A stretch of DNA of 64,000 nucleotides, taken from Octopus sinensis. Taxonomy: Eukaryota. Where the stretch lies: contig NC_043010.1 in NCBI RefSeq assembly GCF_006345805.1, positions 57,288,001 to 57,352,000 on the forward strand, in the 5' to 3' direction. A program made the translations under genes and the position numbers. Of the stretch, positions 11,021-24,300 are shown one piece after another. How positions within the stretch are numbered: position 1 is the stretch's first letter; each line of letters opens with the position of its first letter. A model generated the notes under the pieces. That model saw only the letters and a program-made list of their open reading frames with translations. It made no database searches and was not told the origin of the DNA.

Positions 11021-13478
11021 ATTTCATTGAAATGATTCAGGAATATTAAACGGCATCAATTCTTTACAGTTATTTACAAAACAGAAAATATTCCTCATTT
11101 TATATTTCTGTTGCATGGAACGGAATCATGGTGGTATTTTTGTCTGTTTTATCATTATTTTCCAAATGTCAGAACTAAGACTAAAGGCTTACTAGAAATA
11201 GCCACTGAGTCCCCCTCGAAACTGACCCTACCACCTTAAAAATGGAATGAAACATTAGATAATTGTAATACAGACACAGAAGAAACTGATGGGATGGTCA
11301 CAGTTGGACTGTCTTTGACCTTAGATATATTGAGTCAGGGCTAACAGAGGTCAAACTACACCAGCAAAAGTGTGTTTGATAGAAATAATGTATTTGACCT
11401 GTTTTGCTGGTGTTGTTGGCAGGAAGATGGACCAACGAGGGGGGGGGGTGCTGACTGGGTTTTATTTCCTTCTTTTCCTTTTATTTTAATTATGTTTTAT
11501 ATCACGAGCAATCTCTTCAAAAGACCCATTTTATTGGCTTTGTTGGTGATATTTACATCTTTACCTTTTAATAGACATCAGCGAATGACATACACATACA
11601 TATAGATATACATACAAATACATATATAGCTATGCACACACACATATTTATATAGCATACTTATACACACATATTTATATAGCATACTTATACACATTTT
11701 TACTCATGTATTTATACTCATTAACAACCCTCCACATAGTTTCCGTCCCAACCTAAATCACTTGATAAGAGATAGATGAACTGGAAGCTGTGGTGACAGA
11801 CACTTGGTCAACGTGCCAGGCAGTGGGACTGAACCACTGACATGTTACTAAGCAAACATTTTAAGCATTCAGCCACACTTGCACTCGTAAGCTGTCCATA
11901 ACCATTTCATATCACTTAGAGAAAGGCATGAATGCCTCAACACCTACACACTTCATATCCTTAGGTTATAAACCAATGCATAGAAGGTAAGAGAATACAT
12001 CACATTATTTATGAAGTAAATTAGAAATGTCGCAAGCTACACCTGCAGGCAGGTGTGGTTTTAATTAAAAATATGTTCGTTAATACTGATGATGTAATTG
12101 AAAACAGAGAAATGTTAATTGCTGTCACACAACCTGTAACAGACTAACTTTTGTCTTTGTAGAAAATTAACCTTGGTCATTGTGGCTGACTAAATGCAGA
12201 AGGAAACTAGTTCAGTGTAGGGGCCTTTACTCTTTAAACTGAAGGGGGTGGGATTTCTGGTTTGGCAGAAATTGTGAAGCATTATTTGTTCCAGTTCTAA
12301 TGTGGTCAGCTGGCAGAATGGTTAGCACACTGGACAGAATGCTGCAAAGCCTTTTGTCTGTCTTTACATTCTGAGTTCAAACTCGACCACAATTGACTTT
12401 GCCTTTCATCCTTTTGGAGTCAATAAAGTAAGTACCAGTTGAATACTGGGGAGAGGATAATTGACTTACCCTATCCCCTGAAATTGCTGGCCTTGTGATA
12501 GTTATAGTTGAAACCATTATTTGTACCAGTTCTTTATGTTCTAAGTTTAATCCCTCTTAGGTCAATTTTGTCTGTTATTGTTACAGGGTCCATAAAATAA
12601 AGGACCAGTTAAGAACTAGATCAACTAGCCACTTTCTTTAGACTTCCGACCTTGTACCTATTCAAGAAACCTAATTAGCTTGACCTCAACATCTACAAAA
12701 TCTAAAAGTTCAAACCAGAGACTGCAGTTATTTAGGAAAATTTGAGTGTCTCGTTTGAACTTGCTGATTTGATTTTCAATTCGTTCATCATAACTGGATT
12801 TTGGGTTCATCTCTTCTTTTTTCTTCTGTTATAATTCCACTTACATTTGGAATGCTGTCTAGGAATACTCAGCCATCTTCAACAATTGGCTGATGCTTTA
12901 TTTTATCAACTCTGCAAGGAAAGAAGCTAAAGTCGACATCAGTGGGATTTGAACTCAAAGCATTAGGAACCAGAAGTAAATAGTGCTGCTTACATTTTTG
13001 TGCAGGGCTCTAACGATTCAACTAATTCACCTCTGTGGAAAATATGTAATAAATTCAAGAGTGATTGCCTGCTGGTGTATTTAGTAGAACCAATTTGAGC
13101 TTCGGTTCCTAATCGCTTTGTTGCTTGGTGCAGAAACTGGATTTGCTCTTCAGATGTTTACACTAATAATAACCATCAATTGTGCTGAAGATATTGACAA
13201 ATTCCTCAAGTAGTTCTTCAGAAATATAATGGATGAAATAGAAGCTGCAGCTAAACCTAACTTAATTATTAGGTAAAGCAAAGTAGTAGAACATTCTGGG
13301 GTTGTTGATGGTTAAAATTAAGTGCATTTATTCAGTTTAACAAAAGTTTAATAGAGGCCAAAGAATGGAACCTCCATCTTAATACCAACCTATCAAAGCC
13401 GAAGCTCCATCAAACATTTTCATTATCTTCACAGCGTTGTCCGATGTATATTATGTGTTTGTGTGCGTATGTGTACAG

Positions 13479-13510
<32 letters not shown>

Positions 13511-14198
13511 CACACACACACACACACATACACACACACACACTCATTGTACAAACCCAAATAATTCTATTCCTAATCAATAATGTTATAAATCTCTTGA
13601 TAACCTGGTCCATCAATAACCTTTCATAATTTCATAACCTGGTCCATCAATTTGATGCCTCTCCACTTTCTTCTCTGTAAAGTATTTCTTTTGCTCTTGC
13701 AGTTGATGCTGTTACATCAACCATTGGGTGTGACTCCTTTGGGCAAGGATCTAAAGCATGGTCCACCCTGCCAGATATTTTCAGCATTCTCGTCTCGCCA
13801 TCTTCCTACTCTTTATATCCTTAATCTCTTTATCAACTACACAGCTGTTAATTTAGATGGCTGGTCTCTTTATTGGGTTTACTTGGAGTAGGGCCTCTCT
13901 CTTCCATGCATTCTTCTTATTCAACAGTCTCCCATAATAATGCTTCCATAATACTTTCTTTTCAGCCTGGTTTACCATTATCAGTCCAGAGACACTTCTC
14001 TTCCAATGGCATCTCAATTTTTTCTAGAACAATGTTTGGAAGTCTAAAACTCCTCATTTCCTTGCTCTTCCTCTCCCAGAACATCTGCAAACCTCTTATT
14101 TTCTGCTTCTTCTCATTGCTAAGTATTGGGTCATCCCATAAATAATGCAGTTTTTATACTTCTTATACTTTTCAAACTTAAGATAAACAAAGTTCTTT

Positions 14199-15186
14199 TT
14201 AATCTAAACTATTCTCTCTTTCATTTTCTACAATGCTCTTCCACCTGTCTGGTAGACTTGCAAGGCCCGTCTTCCAAAATTCACTTGTCCATGATGAAAA
14301 ATACTCCCCTAGTAATGTTCTGACCTCATCTAGAGAATTCATATTTTTTCCATACAAATGATTTTGAAGACTGCGGAATAAATGATAATCAAATGGGGCA
14401 ATGTCCAGTGAATATGGTGGGTGGGGCATCGTTTCCTATTAAACTGCTCCAGCATTTGGAATGTCATCCTTGCCGTATGTGGCCAAATACATTTCATCTT
14501 GAAACCAAAGATGGTCGTTTTTCTTCTAGCACTGATTTAAGCCACTCAAGCTGCTCACAGCAGATCTCCTTTGTTATCATTTGGTTTAGGAGTTAAAAGT
14601 TCAAAGTGGACTAAACCTTTCATATCCCATCAAACAGATAACAACACCTTATGTGGGTGAAGACCTTCTTTAGCCTGAGGTACTGGTGTTTCTCTTTTCT
14701 CTACCCTCTGTCTTCGGCACTTGACTTTTTTGATAGAGAACCCATTTCTTGTCACCAGACAATATTCGAACCAAAAAAAGGTTCATTCATGAGACGTGAC
14801 AACAAAGAAAAGCACACATTCACTCTTTGCACATGATTAGACTCAGAAAGTTTGTGAGGAACCCATTGACCCAATTTGCTGACTTTTCCAATGACACATA
14901 GGTGTCTATATGAATGGTTGAATGACCAAATCTAAGCTTCTCTGATAATTCCTCAACAGTTACAATGGGATTTTGTTCCACCAGGGTTTGCAGGACAACC
15001 TCGTTAAGCTCTACAGATCTTCCAGAATGAGGTTCATCTTCTAGGCTGTAGTTTCTGCCTTGGAATTTCTGGAACCACCGTTGACACTGGTTTATACTAT
15101 ATTGTCCAATTCCCATAGACTGCATAAATCTTCCTCACAGTTTCCATTGTGTTGTTGTGTTTATTGAATTCATAAAGCAAAATATG
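14199..15186 (-). pseudogene. Degenerate mariner transposase
   Basis: HILLYEFNK N-terminus, CQRWFQKF HTH region, WVPHKL motif and HPPYSLDIAPFDYHLFRSLQ C-terminus, with frameshifts and stops. Confidence 0.85.
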
Positions 15187-15199
15187 TTATTTAACAAAC

Positions 15200-16215
15200 C
15201 ATGGCATGCTTTGGTTCTTCTGTGTGAGTGAAGAATCTGGACCAAGAAGAAAGCCTAACAGGAGAAATAGCAGATGGTTATGTGCAGATGGTTATGTGCA
15301 GATGGTTATGTGCAGATGGTTATGTGCAGATGGTTATGTGCAGATGGTTATGTGCAGATGGTTATGTGCAGATGGTTATGTGCAGATGGTTATGTGCAGA
15401 TGGTTATGTGCAGATGGTTATGTGCAGATGGTTATGTGCAGATGGTTATGTGCAGATGGTTATGTGCAGATGGTTATGTGCAGATGGTTATGTGCAGATG
15501 GTTATGTGCAGATGGTTATGTGCAGATGGTTATGTGCAGATGGTTATGTGCAGATGGTTATATGCAGATGGTTATGTGCAGATGGTTATGTGCAGATGGT
15601 TATGTGCAGATGGTTATGTGCAGATGGTTATGTGCAGATGGTTATGTGCAGATGGTTATGTGCAGATGGTTATGCGCAGATGGTTATGCACAGATGGTTA
15701 TGCGCAGATGGTTATGTGCAGATGGTTATGTGCAGATGGTTATGTGCAGATGCTTCTGATGTGCCAAGAGTGATGCTCACTAAATTTCCAGCAGCTAAAA
15801 TGGTTTTTAGGAATGGTGAGGAAGGAAGGTCATGTCATGCCACCTCACACCTTTCCACGGGTGTTAAGCTCCAGGTGCATGAAGTATGCAGTGGAAGACC
15901 ATCATGTGTTTCAGCAAGGCTCAACACTTGCTCAAAAAGCCCATGTAACCCAAGAATGGATGTCAAGCAGTTCTTAAGAAGAAGATAAGCATGTAAAACC
16001 AGATTTGTGGCCTCCAAATTCACCTGATTTCAGTCCCATTTGGAACATTGTTAAAAGGGAGACTAAATGACATCCTCAAAATACCAGAGATACATTGAAG
16101 ACTCCCATTCTTCAGTTGAGGATCATTTAGTAGAGATGGGTCAAGGATTCCGGTCCTCACTGAAATGGTCATCGATGCCAAAGTCTGATTCGTTGAAGAT
16201 TTCAGAAGAAAGATT
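15200..16215 (+). pseudogene. Degenerate Tc1/mariner-superfamily transposase (DD37D/maT-like) interrupted by a minisatellite
   Basis: NSRWLCADASDVPRVMLTKFPA, then frameshifted remnants of MPPH, FQQ, TQEW and WPPNSPD (ttgtggcctccaaattcacctgat). Confidence 0.75.
15270..15752. repeat. 14-bp minisatellite (GCAGATGGTTATGT)x~34
   Basis: Directly visible, with few variant units. Confidence 0.97.
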
Positions 16216-16464
16216 ATCAAGAATGGCTGCACAAATTTTTAGTAACATACTTTTGGTATTTACTTGCACCCTGCCCTCTATGTATGTGTGTGTGTGTGTA
16301 GGTCTGTTATCTTTTATCTTTTACTTGCTTCAGTCACTGGACTGTGGCCATACTGGGGCACCACCTCATTGGGTTTAGTCAAAGAAATCGATTCCAATAC
16401 TTCTTTTTCTTTTTAAAGTCTGCTATCAATGGTTTCGGCTTTAAGACCGGATAAGTGGTACCGA

Positions 16465-16515
16465 CCCTACTGAAGAGGCTTTGGTCTTAAAGCTGAAATC
16501 GTCGATGGTATAGGG
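16465..16515 (+). ncRNA. Minimal type-I hammerhead motif with an inverted partial copy upstream (16421-16448)
   Basis: cccta CTGAAGA ggcttt-ggtctt-aaagct GAAA tcgtcgatg GTA taggg. Stem I cccta/taggg is perfect; stem III is a near-palindrome with G-U pairs. Confidence 0.6.
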
Positions 16516-16606
16516 ATATCATGACTGCTGCTGTCAGTATGTATGTATACAATTATGTGCATCTAGCTCTTATTTCTAGCACTATAGGTGTTCTAACACC
16601 TTCTGC

Positions 16607-16644
<38 letters not shown>

Positions 16645-16693
16645 CCCACACACAGACAGACAAATGTAGTGACATGGGGAAACCGAAACTGAA

Positions 16694-16724
<31 letters not shown>

Positions 16725-17041
16725 CAAACAATATAAGTATGATTATGAAGAAATAAAACTGTAATAATTCTGGATTTGTGATAAAAAAGAATTTTGCTAC
16801 CAATAAACATTCTTGAGCTGAGCTGAAGGATTCTTGGATTATTTCTTCTAATTTGGAATATATAGAATGGTTTCCGTGAAGCCGTATGCAGCACTTTGCA
16901 CAGAACAGGATAACCAATGGCAGAGGAGATCATTTATCCACTCATACAATGGTAATACACACACAAACACACACATTCACACATATGTATACACACACAC
17001 AAACCCATAGATATATACATATACATACATATAGATACACA

Positions 17042-17083
<42 letters not shown>

Positions 17084-17112
17084 GATGAATGAAAGAAAAT
17101 AGAATTAATGCC

Positions 17113-17590
17113 ATTCCTTATTTAAAATCCCTACAGTTGTTTTGGCCCATTCTTACACCTGTGTTACACAGGTGAGATATTGTGCAACCATTTTCTTACA
17201 TCCAACATTTAAGATTCAGTTCCACAGTTGATTGGTTAACTGTTGAGTAGCAAAGGGCATCAGACTGAGTGAAATGGCCAGAGGATCTGGGGAAGCACCA
17301 AGTTAATCAGCTGAAGAAGCGAATTTTGCACCTTGGACGGAGGATAATGATTACACAACATCTCACCTATTTACTACAGATGAGCAAATGTGTTGAAACA
17401 ATTGTAGTGATTTTACATAAAGAATATCCTCTATTCCATTCACTTTCATTTCTCTCTCTCTCTCTCTCACTCTCTCTCTCTCTCTCTAAACATTATGGAA
17501 TTCCCTGATGTATGTCCAGTAGCAGGAGCAATTCGACTGTTTGATGACATCAGGTAGCCAATGACTATGGATGAGCTTTGCACGGTCTTT
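17113..17590. mobile_element. Repeat with ~80-bp degenerate inverted arms (PLE pseudo-LTR-like or MITE); second copy at 31935-32275
   Basis: 17113-17195 is the reverse complement of about 17343-17425. GAAACAATTGTA occurs at 17395-17406. 17495-17590 matches 32172-32265. Confidence 0.55.
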
Positions 17591-17615
17591 TGCATAAGAT
17601 TCTACCTGAATGCTA

Positions 17616-17701
<86 letters not shown>

Positions 17702-18304
17702 CATATACATATACATATATATATATATACATACATATATATATATATATGTATGTATGTACTTGTGTGTGTGTAAATGAATTTTCTGTGAAAACATCAG
17801 ATCAAACAAGTCAGAGAATGTCAATTGGAATGGAATAAAAAGTGAGGTTTTAATATATTAAATTCTTTCTGTTATAACATTCAATATTGTTGACATTTTG
17901 TTCATTGTACATTGAAGTTTTGTGTGAATAGCATAGATTATTTAGCAACGGATAATGTGTGTGTGTGTGTGTGTGTGTGCGTGTGTGTGTGCATATTATC
18001 TAAAGGTGTGTTTGTGTGCACGTGTGTGTGTGTATGTGTGTATGTGTGTGTGTGTACAGTTAGGTGTCTATTCATAGCCATATGTAATGTGTGTAATTAT
18101 ATGTTTGTATATCTGTAGGTATGTATATATGAGCATATATCTGTACTTATGTGGATATGTGTATGTGTATGTGTGTGAATTTATGAGCATGTATGTGTGT
18201 GTATGTGTGTGGGTGTGGGTGTGGGTGTGTGTGTATGTGCAATGGTCTCCCAGTATTTGTTTCTATATATTTATGAAATCAATCAACCTCTACATTTGTG
18301 TTGT

Positions 18305-18342
<38 letters not shown>

Positions 18343-20456
18343 GATGGTCAGTCTTCATGTGTATCTGTGTGTGTAAATATTAATAACATAGATCTGTTTG
18401 TATAAGTGTGTCTCTGAACATATCTGTGTGTATGTATGTATATATGTATACATGTGTTTGTGCATATGTGTATGTCAGTGTCTGTATGTGTGTGTGTGTG
18501 TGTCTGTGTATGTTTGTACATATCTTTCTGTTGTGTGTTTGTGCATTTATATATGTATACGTAGAGTCACACTGACTATACATAATTGTGTGTGTGTATG
18601 TTTACATATCAGTGCATGTTTATACATATGTGTGCATATGCCTTGACATGTGTGTGTGTGTGTTTGACCATACATGTCTCTGTGGCTATGCATATGTGTG
18701 TGCATGCATGTATCTGTACATATCTGTATGTTTTTACATGTCTGTGTGTTTGTACATGTATGTGTGTGTGTGTGTGTGTATGTGTGATGCATCTGTGTGT
18801 GTATTAGTGTGTATTAGTGTGTATATGTGTGTGAAAACAGAAGTCATGGCAGGCATTCGGTCTGTGTGGGAAATGTGTGTGGGACCTTGTATAATTGTGA
18901 GTGTGTGTGTGTTTACATGTTTGAGCATGTGTCTGTATTAGCAAATATTCAGTAAATCTTTTGAAGTCAACAACAACAGCAACAACAACAAACAAACGAG
19001 AGGAAAAAAGATAAAAAAGCAGCAAAAACACAAACAATAGTAAAGACACACAAAAGAAGCAAACATTTGAAACGATGGAGTTGCAATGCATTGTGGGAAA
19101 GATAACTTTCCTTTCTAAAACAGTTGATTTTTAAAATGAAAATAATAACACTTGGAATACACATCCTGTGCGTAGATTTACACAGGGTACAATAACACTT
19201 GGTGTACATAAGTAGTGTGTAGATATACACAGGGGTTTTACACAGGTCTTGTGAGTAGATTTACGCAATAATTTGCACACAAGCTGTGTATAGATTTACA
19301 GAGTGTAAAATAACACTTGGTGTTCACATCTTGTGTGTGTAAATTTATACATTTGCAGTGGATCCATAAATGGAAGAACGTTTTTATTCTGGTATATTTT
19401 GGTGTTGTGGGAGATATTTATTACTAAGGCTATTATATACACTGCATTATACATACATCTATTATTGTATACAATTCATGAAACACTAATATTTTATTGT
19501 ATACAACACATTAGAAAAATGTAGAGAATATATATGTGAGAGACCAAGAGAGAACAGCTTTAAGTTCTGTGTGTGTGTGTTATAAAAGTTCTCTTATTTC
19601 CTATGTACAGACCTTTTCCAGTCAAAGTTTTACAATAATTCAATGTGGTTATATAGCACATATTTACCACCAACTACTCTTTAACTATTTCTCTGAGATA
19701 ATAATTCACACGCGATTAAAAGAACCATTGTTAATTACTACTGCCTTGTGTGGATGAGTGTGTCTGGAAAATCAGTGATGTAATGCCTAGGATTGAAAAC
19801 AGGGTCTTTTGGTTTAAACATAAGTGGGGTGAATAAAAAATGTTGTTGACGTAGAAGAGCAGAAAGCAACAGCCATGCTCAGTAACTTGGTGGAATGGAG
19901 ATATGGCAAATTGATGCCTCATTCAGTAGAAATGCATCTTGCAACAGAAGATAATGATTGATTTCAATGAATCCTCGCTCTGGTTAGATTCAGAATGGAA
20001 AGAGAGGCAGAAAAGGTTTGAGTTCTGCCTATGGCTGAGAGCTTTTGCTCTTTTATTTGTTCAAAAAACTGATGAAAAAAGAGGAAGATTTAAGATGCTG
20101 CAAATGCACCCATGAACAATGTCACCTGCACAGAAATTTGTTCTGTTCTATCCACAACAAGAGAGTTTGTTCGGTTCCAGGCCATTTCTCTTCTCCTTTA
20201 ACTTCTCATGTCCTGGTAGAAAGCTCCCTCTCCATTGCAGTTAAAGGGGATCATAACGGACTCATTAGTGCCAGTGCCATTAAAAAATGCACCGAGTCCT
20301 CTCTGTAAAGTGGTGGGCATTGGGAAGGGAATGCGGCTGTGAGAAACCAGGTCGAAGCAGACATTGGTGCACAGTCCAGTCTTTTCATCAGACAGATCCG
20401 ATTAAACAGTTTGAACCATCGGAGCATGGAAGATGGGCATTAATAGGTGGTGGTGG

Positions 20457-20498
<42 letters not shown>

Positions 20499-20627
20499 GG
20501 AGGAGGAGGAGGAGAGGAGGAGGAGGAGGAGGAGGAGGAGGAGGAGGAGGATTACGATAATAATTATGATAATAATGGTGAAACAGATGTACTACAATGT
20601 ATGTGTCTGGTTGAAATCAACAAACTT

Positions 20628-21028
20628 GGATCCAGGTCTGTTGATGCCTGTGCCGGTGGCACATAAAAAGTACTATCCGAACGTGGCTGATGCCAGCGCT
20701 GCCCCGACTGGCCTCTGTGCCGGTAAGACCATCCGAACGTTGCCAGCTCCGCCTTGGCTGGCTCCCGTGCCGCTGGCACGTTAAAAGCTCGAACCGATCG
20801 TGACCGATGCTGGACCCCCCCCCCGGCCCCTGTGCAGGTGGCACGTAAAAAGCACCCACTACACTCGCGGAGTGGTTGGCATTAGGAAAGGCATCCAGCC
20901 GTAGAAACTCTGCCAGATCAGACTGGAGCCTGGAGCGGCCCCTGGCTTCCCAGATCCCGGTCGAATCGTCCAACCCGTGCTAGCGCGGAAAACGGACGTT
21001 AAACGATGATGATGATGATGATGATGAT
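20628..21028 (+). mobile_element. RTE 3'UTR fragment with (GAT)n tail
   Basis: GTGCCGGTGGCAC modules, GGTTGGCATTAGGAAAGGCATCCAG and GGACGTTAAACGATGATG terminus. Confidence 0.8.
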
Positions 21029-21287
21029 TCCCCTTTCCTACAAAAAAACCCCTTTTTTTGCTGCAAAACTCAGAAGTGTTGATACTAAAACCTTTTCTTT
21101 ACCAAAGACTCCCAGCACCATGCGATTCCTTATTTTTCCTTCTTCCCTTCCATCCTTCTCACTTTTCTCATATACGTTCAGGTATACCATTCATGCCAAA
21201 CTCACCTTCACAATACCTACACCAAGATAATTTCACCTGGACTACGATATAGAAACACTTATTCTGTGAAAATATATTTTCTATATA

Positions 21288-21955
21288 CATCATCATCATC
21301 ATCATCATCATTTGATGTCCATCTTCCATGCTTGCATGGGTAGGACGGTTCACAGGAGCTGACCAGGTAGAAAAACTACCCTATGCTACTGTGTCTGTTT
21401 TGACAGCGATTTTATGGCTGGATGCCCTTCCTAACACCAACCACTCTGCAGAGTGGACTCAGTGCTTTTTACATGGCACCAGTAGAGGCAAGGTTAGTTT
21501 GCTGGATGTCCTTCCAAATGCCAACCACTGTGTAGTGGACTGGGTGCTTTTAACATGGCACCAGCACTGGCAGGGTCACCAAGTCACTTGCAGGACAAAG
21601 GAATTATGAGAGGGGCAGGGCCATTTGAGGAGGGGAACTTGCGTTAGAGGGTGACTAAGAGAGAGAGGAGTAGAAACAGGTGTCTTGCTATAAAGGAGGG
21701 GTCATTGGAGGAGGTGATCCAGTGTCAGACAATGAGTGTGACAGAGAAATAAGGAGGTAGAAATATGAAGAGGAAATGTGAGGAAGAGAAAAGCTGAAGC
21801 TTGGGAAAAGGAGACATAGTTTGGATTGTAGGGTTGGGGGTGTGTGAAATTTTTGTTATTATGTGTGGGTGGGGCACAACTCTTCTAGCCCTCAGTTACA
21901 CTGATGTGGGCAGGTCTTCTTTAGAACCTCAAATCGCCAGGTATTTATATAGGAA
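21288..21955 (-). mobile_element. RTE 3'UTR fragment (subfamily shared with 29905-31516)
   Basis: (CAT)n tail; 21570-21950 aligns with 29990-30725. Confidence 0.7.
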
Positions 21956-23342
21956 AAGCACCAAGGTAGAGTCAGGGACGTTGCATCTGTGTACTCACCT
22001 GCCCAAATCAGGTCAACCGAGTCGTCTGGCACCATGTTGAGTTCTGTGAGAAGTTCTAATTGTTAAGTTTTATTAATGATCACCCTAATCATCATTGCCA
22101 TCATTGTCATCATCATCATCATTACCACCAAGAACAACAATCAGTAGAGCTCCACCCTTGCCCCAAATATAAATATGGCAGGTTGGTTATAAAACAGCAA
22201 AAAATATCACAAAGCCATTAGAGCAATGAATCTATTTCTTTAAATCTAATTTAATATTCTTCCCCATTATACACACACAAGCATTAATTAATTCACTTTT
22301 AATTGATAACAATCTGTTAATAATTTAATAACTGGTTAGGTTTCAGCCAGGTTTTTACTACCCTTTACAGCCATCCTCATTCGGGTCTGTGATGCCAATC
22401 CCCTGCCCCGACCCCACCACCACTGCCCTCCTGTTTCTCTGTGGCCTTAAATGAGTTCTCACAGAACAGGAAGTTCTCATGCAAATATGGCCATGGAGTA
22501 AAAGATAATCACTTCGTAACGACAGGGTTTTGTGTTGTGTGTTGGATGAGTGTCTTTTGCCATCAGCTTCTGTCATTGACTGAACTTTCAGGGATGGAAT
22601 CTGGGAGGAAGTTTAGTCAGACAAGCAAGGTGAGGCTTGGACCCGGTTTTGGGAACTGTTGACATGAAATAGGGTTTCATTGCTCAACAAAAATTCTTCT
22701 GTGAGTATGAATGAATAAAGGGAGCTGGGGGAAGAATTGTTGGTTAGGATTTATGGAGGCATTTAAGATGGCACACTGGCAGAATCGTTTGCATGCCAAG
22801 CAAAATGGTAAGTGGCATTTTGTTCATCTTTATGTTCTGAGTTCAAATCCTGTCAAGGTCCACTTTGTCTTTCTTCATTTCAGGATTGTTAAATGAGCAT
22901 TGGTGTTGATGTAAATGATTGAACCATTTGCCTTTGTGCCAAAATATGGAATGAATATCTATGGAGACATGCAAGGAAGAAGATGAAATTAGATCTTAGG
23001 ATGTTGGGTCTGACTGGTAAAGACTGACACAAAACGATGGATGCTGTTCAACAAATGCCATTACAACACTAGAGATTTCTAGAAAACATATCGTTTCTAG
23101 CACATAGCATTTCTAGAAAGCTGACAACACAGTGCAGGATTGAGGTTGTTGCAGCCTTCCAGATTTCTAGCAAACATATCGACCCCATAGCACAGACAAT
23201 GAAGATGATTGACACAAGTTAGTATAGGGGTCTGGTTTAGAATCTCCCAAACATAAATATGTCTGTGGCGTGTCTAAGTTCAGACTATTTGTGATTTACT
23301 GAAATTCCTCAGCTTCATTGCTGACCAATGTTAAAAGATTTA

Positions 23343-23550
23343 AGGCAGCAAAGTGGCAGAAACGTTAGCACGCCGGGCGAAATGCTTTGTGGTATTTCGT
23401 CTGTCTTTACGTTCTGAGTTCAAATTCTGCCAAAGTTGACTTTGCCTTTCATCCTTTCTGGGTCAATGAATTAAGTACCAGTGGCATACTGGGGTTGATG
23501 TAATCAGCTTACCCACCCCCACTCCTGAAATTGCTGGCCTTGCTCCGAAA
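23343..23550 (+). mobile_element. Meta-like SINE copy
   Basis: Matches 5059-5288. Confidence 0.75.
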
Positions 23551-24244
23551 TCTGAAACCAATATTAACCAACTTTACACATCACAGATTTATTTAAATAT
23601 TCAAGAAACGAGAGATTTAAAGAAATTGTGATAAGGGGGGGGGGTGTCACGACTAAACAGGATGGGGGAGAGTTGTTACACCAAGTGGTATAAAGAGGTT
23701 GACTGCAGTGTTTGGTGTGCGGTTACTACTACACTGAGGTGGCAGTGGTGGTGGTGGTGGTGGTGGTGGTAGAGGTGTGCTCTCTTGTTCCTGTTACACA
23801 GGCTGGCGGTGGTGGTGGTGGTGGTGGTCACGTTCCTGCTACATAAGGGGGTAATGGTGTTGGTGGTGTGAAAGAGAATAATGTAACGTTCAGCTATTAT
23901 AAACAGAAAATTAACGAAAATTAATAACGAAAAATGTGAAGTGGCAAAATTCATGACTTTCTACATTACAGTCGGTTCTTAAATGAAAAGGTTCCAGCTA
24001 AATATCCCTCACCAAAAGATTATAGACACATTTGATTAAAAACTGCTTCCATCGGACGAAAACTAGTTTTTAAGAGAAGACGTGAAGGACTACAGAGTTG
24101 CTTCCCTTGGACCTGTCGTTCATAGTTTTCTCTGCCGTCAAAAATGGTGGCTTTCTCGAGACGACTATTAGTTATTGTTTTGTCCCGAGTCAGCTGAGAT
24201 CAAACAAAACTACGATCAATGACCTTCCAGTCGAGACCATTCCC

Positions 24245-24300
<56 letters not shown>

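Noticed and set aside
15206-15988. 260-aa ORF with 14-aa repeats, or a CRISPR-like array
   Set aside because: It is a spacerless 14-bp minisatellite in a dead transposase; there are no unique spacers and the DNA is eukaryotic.
23076-23172. Cluster of TTCTAGAA (heat-shock-element-like) motifs
   Set aside because: There are only two-unit sites, not three alternating nGAAn units. It looks like a local degenerate duplication.
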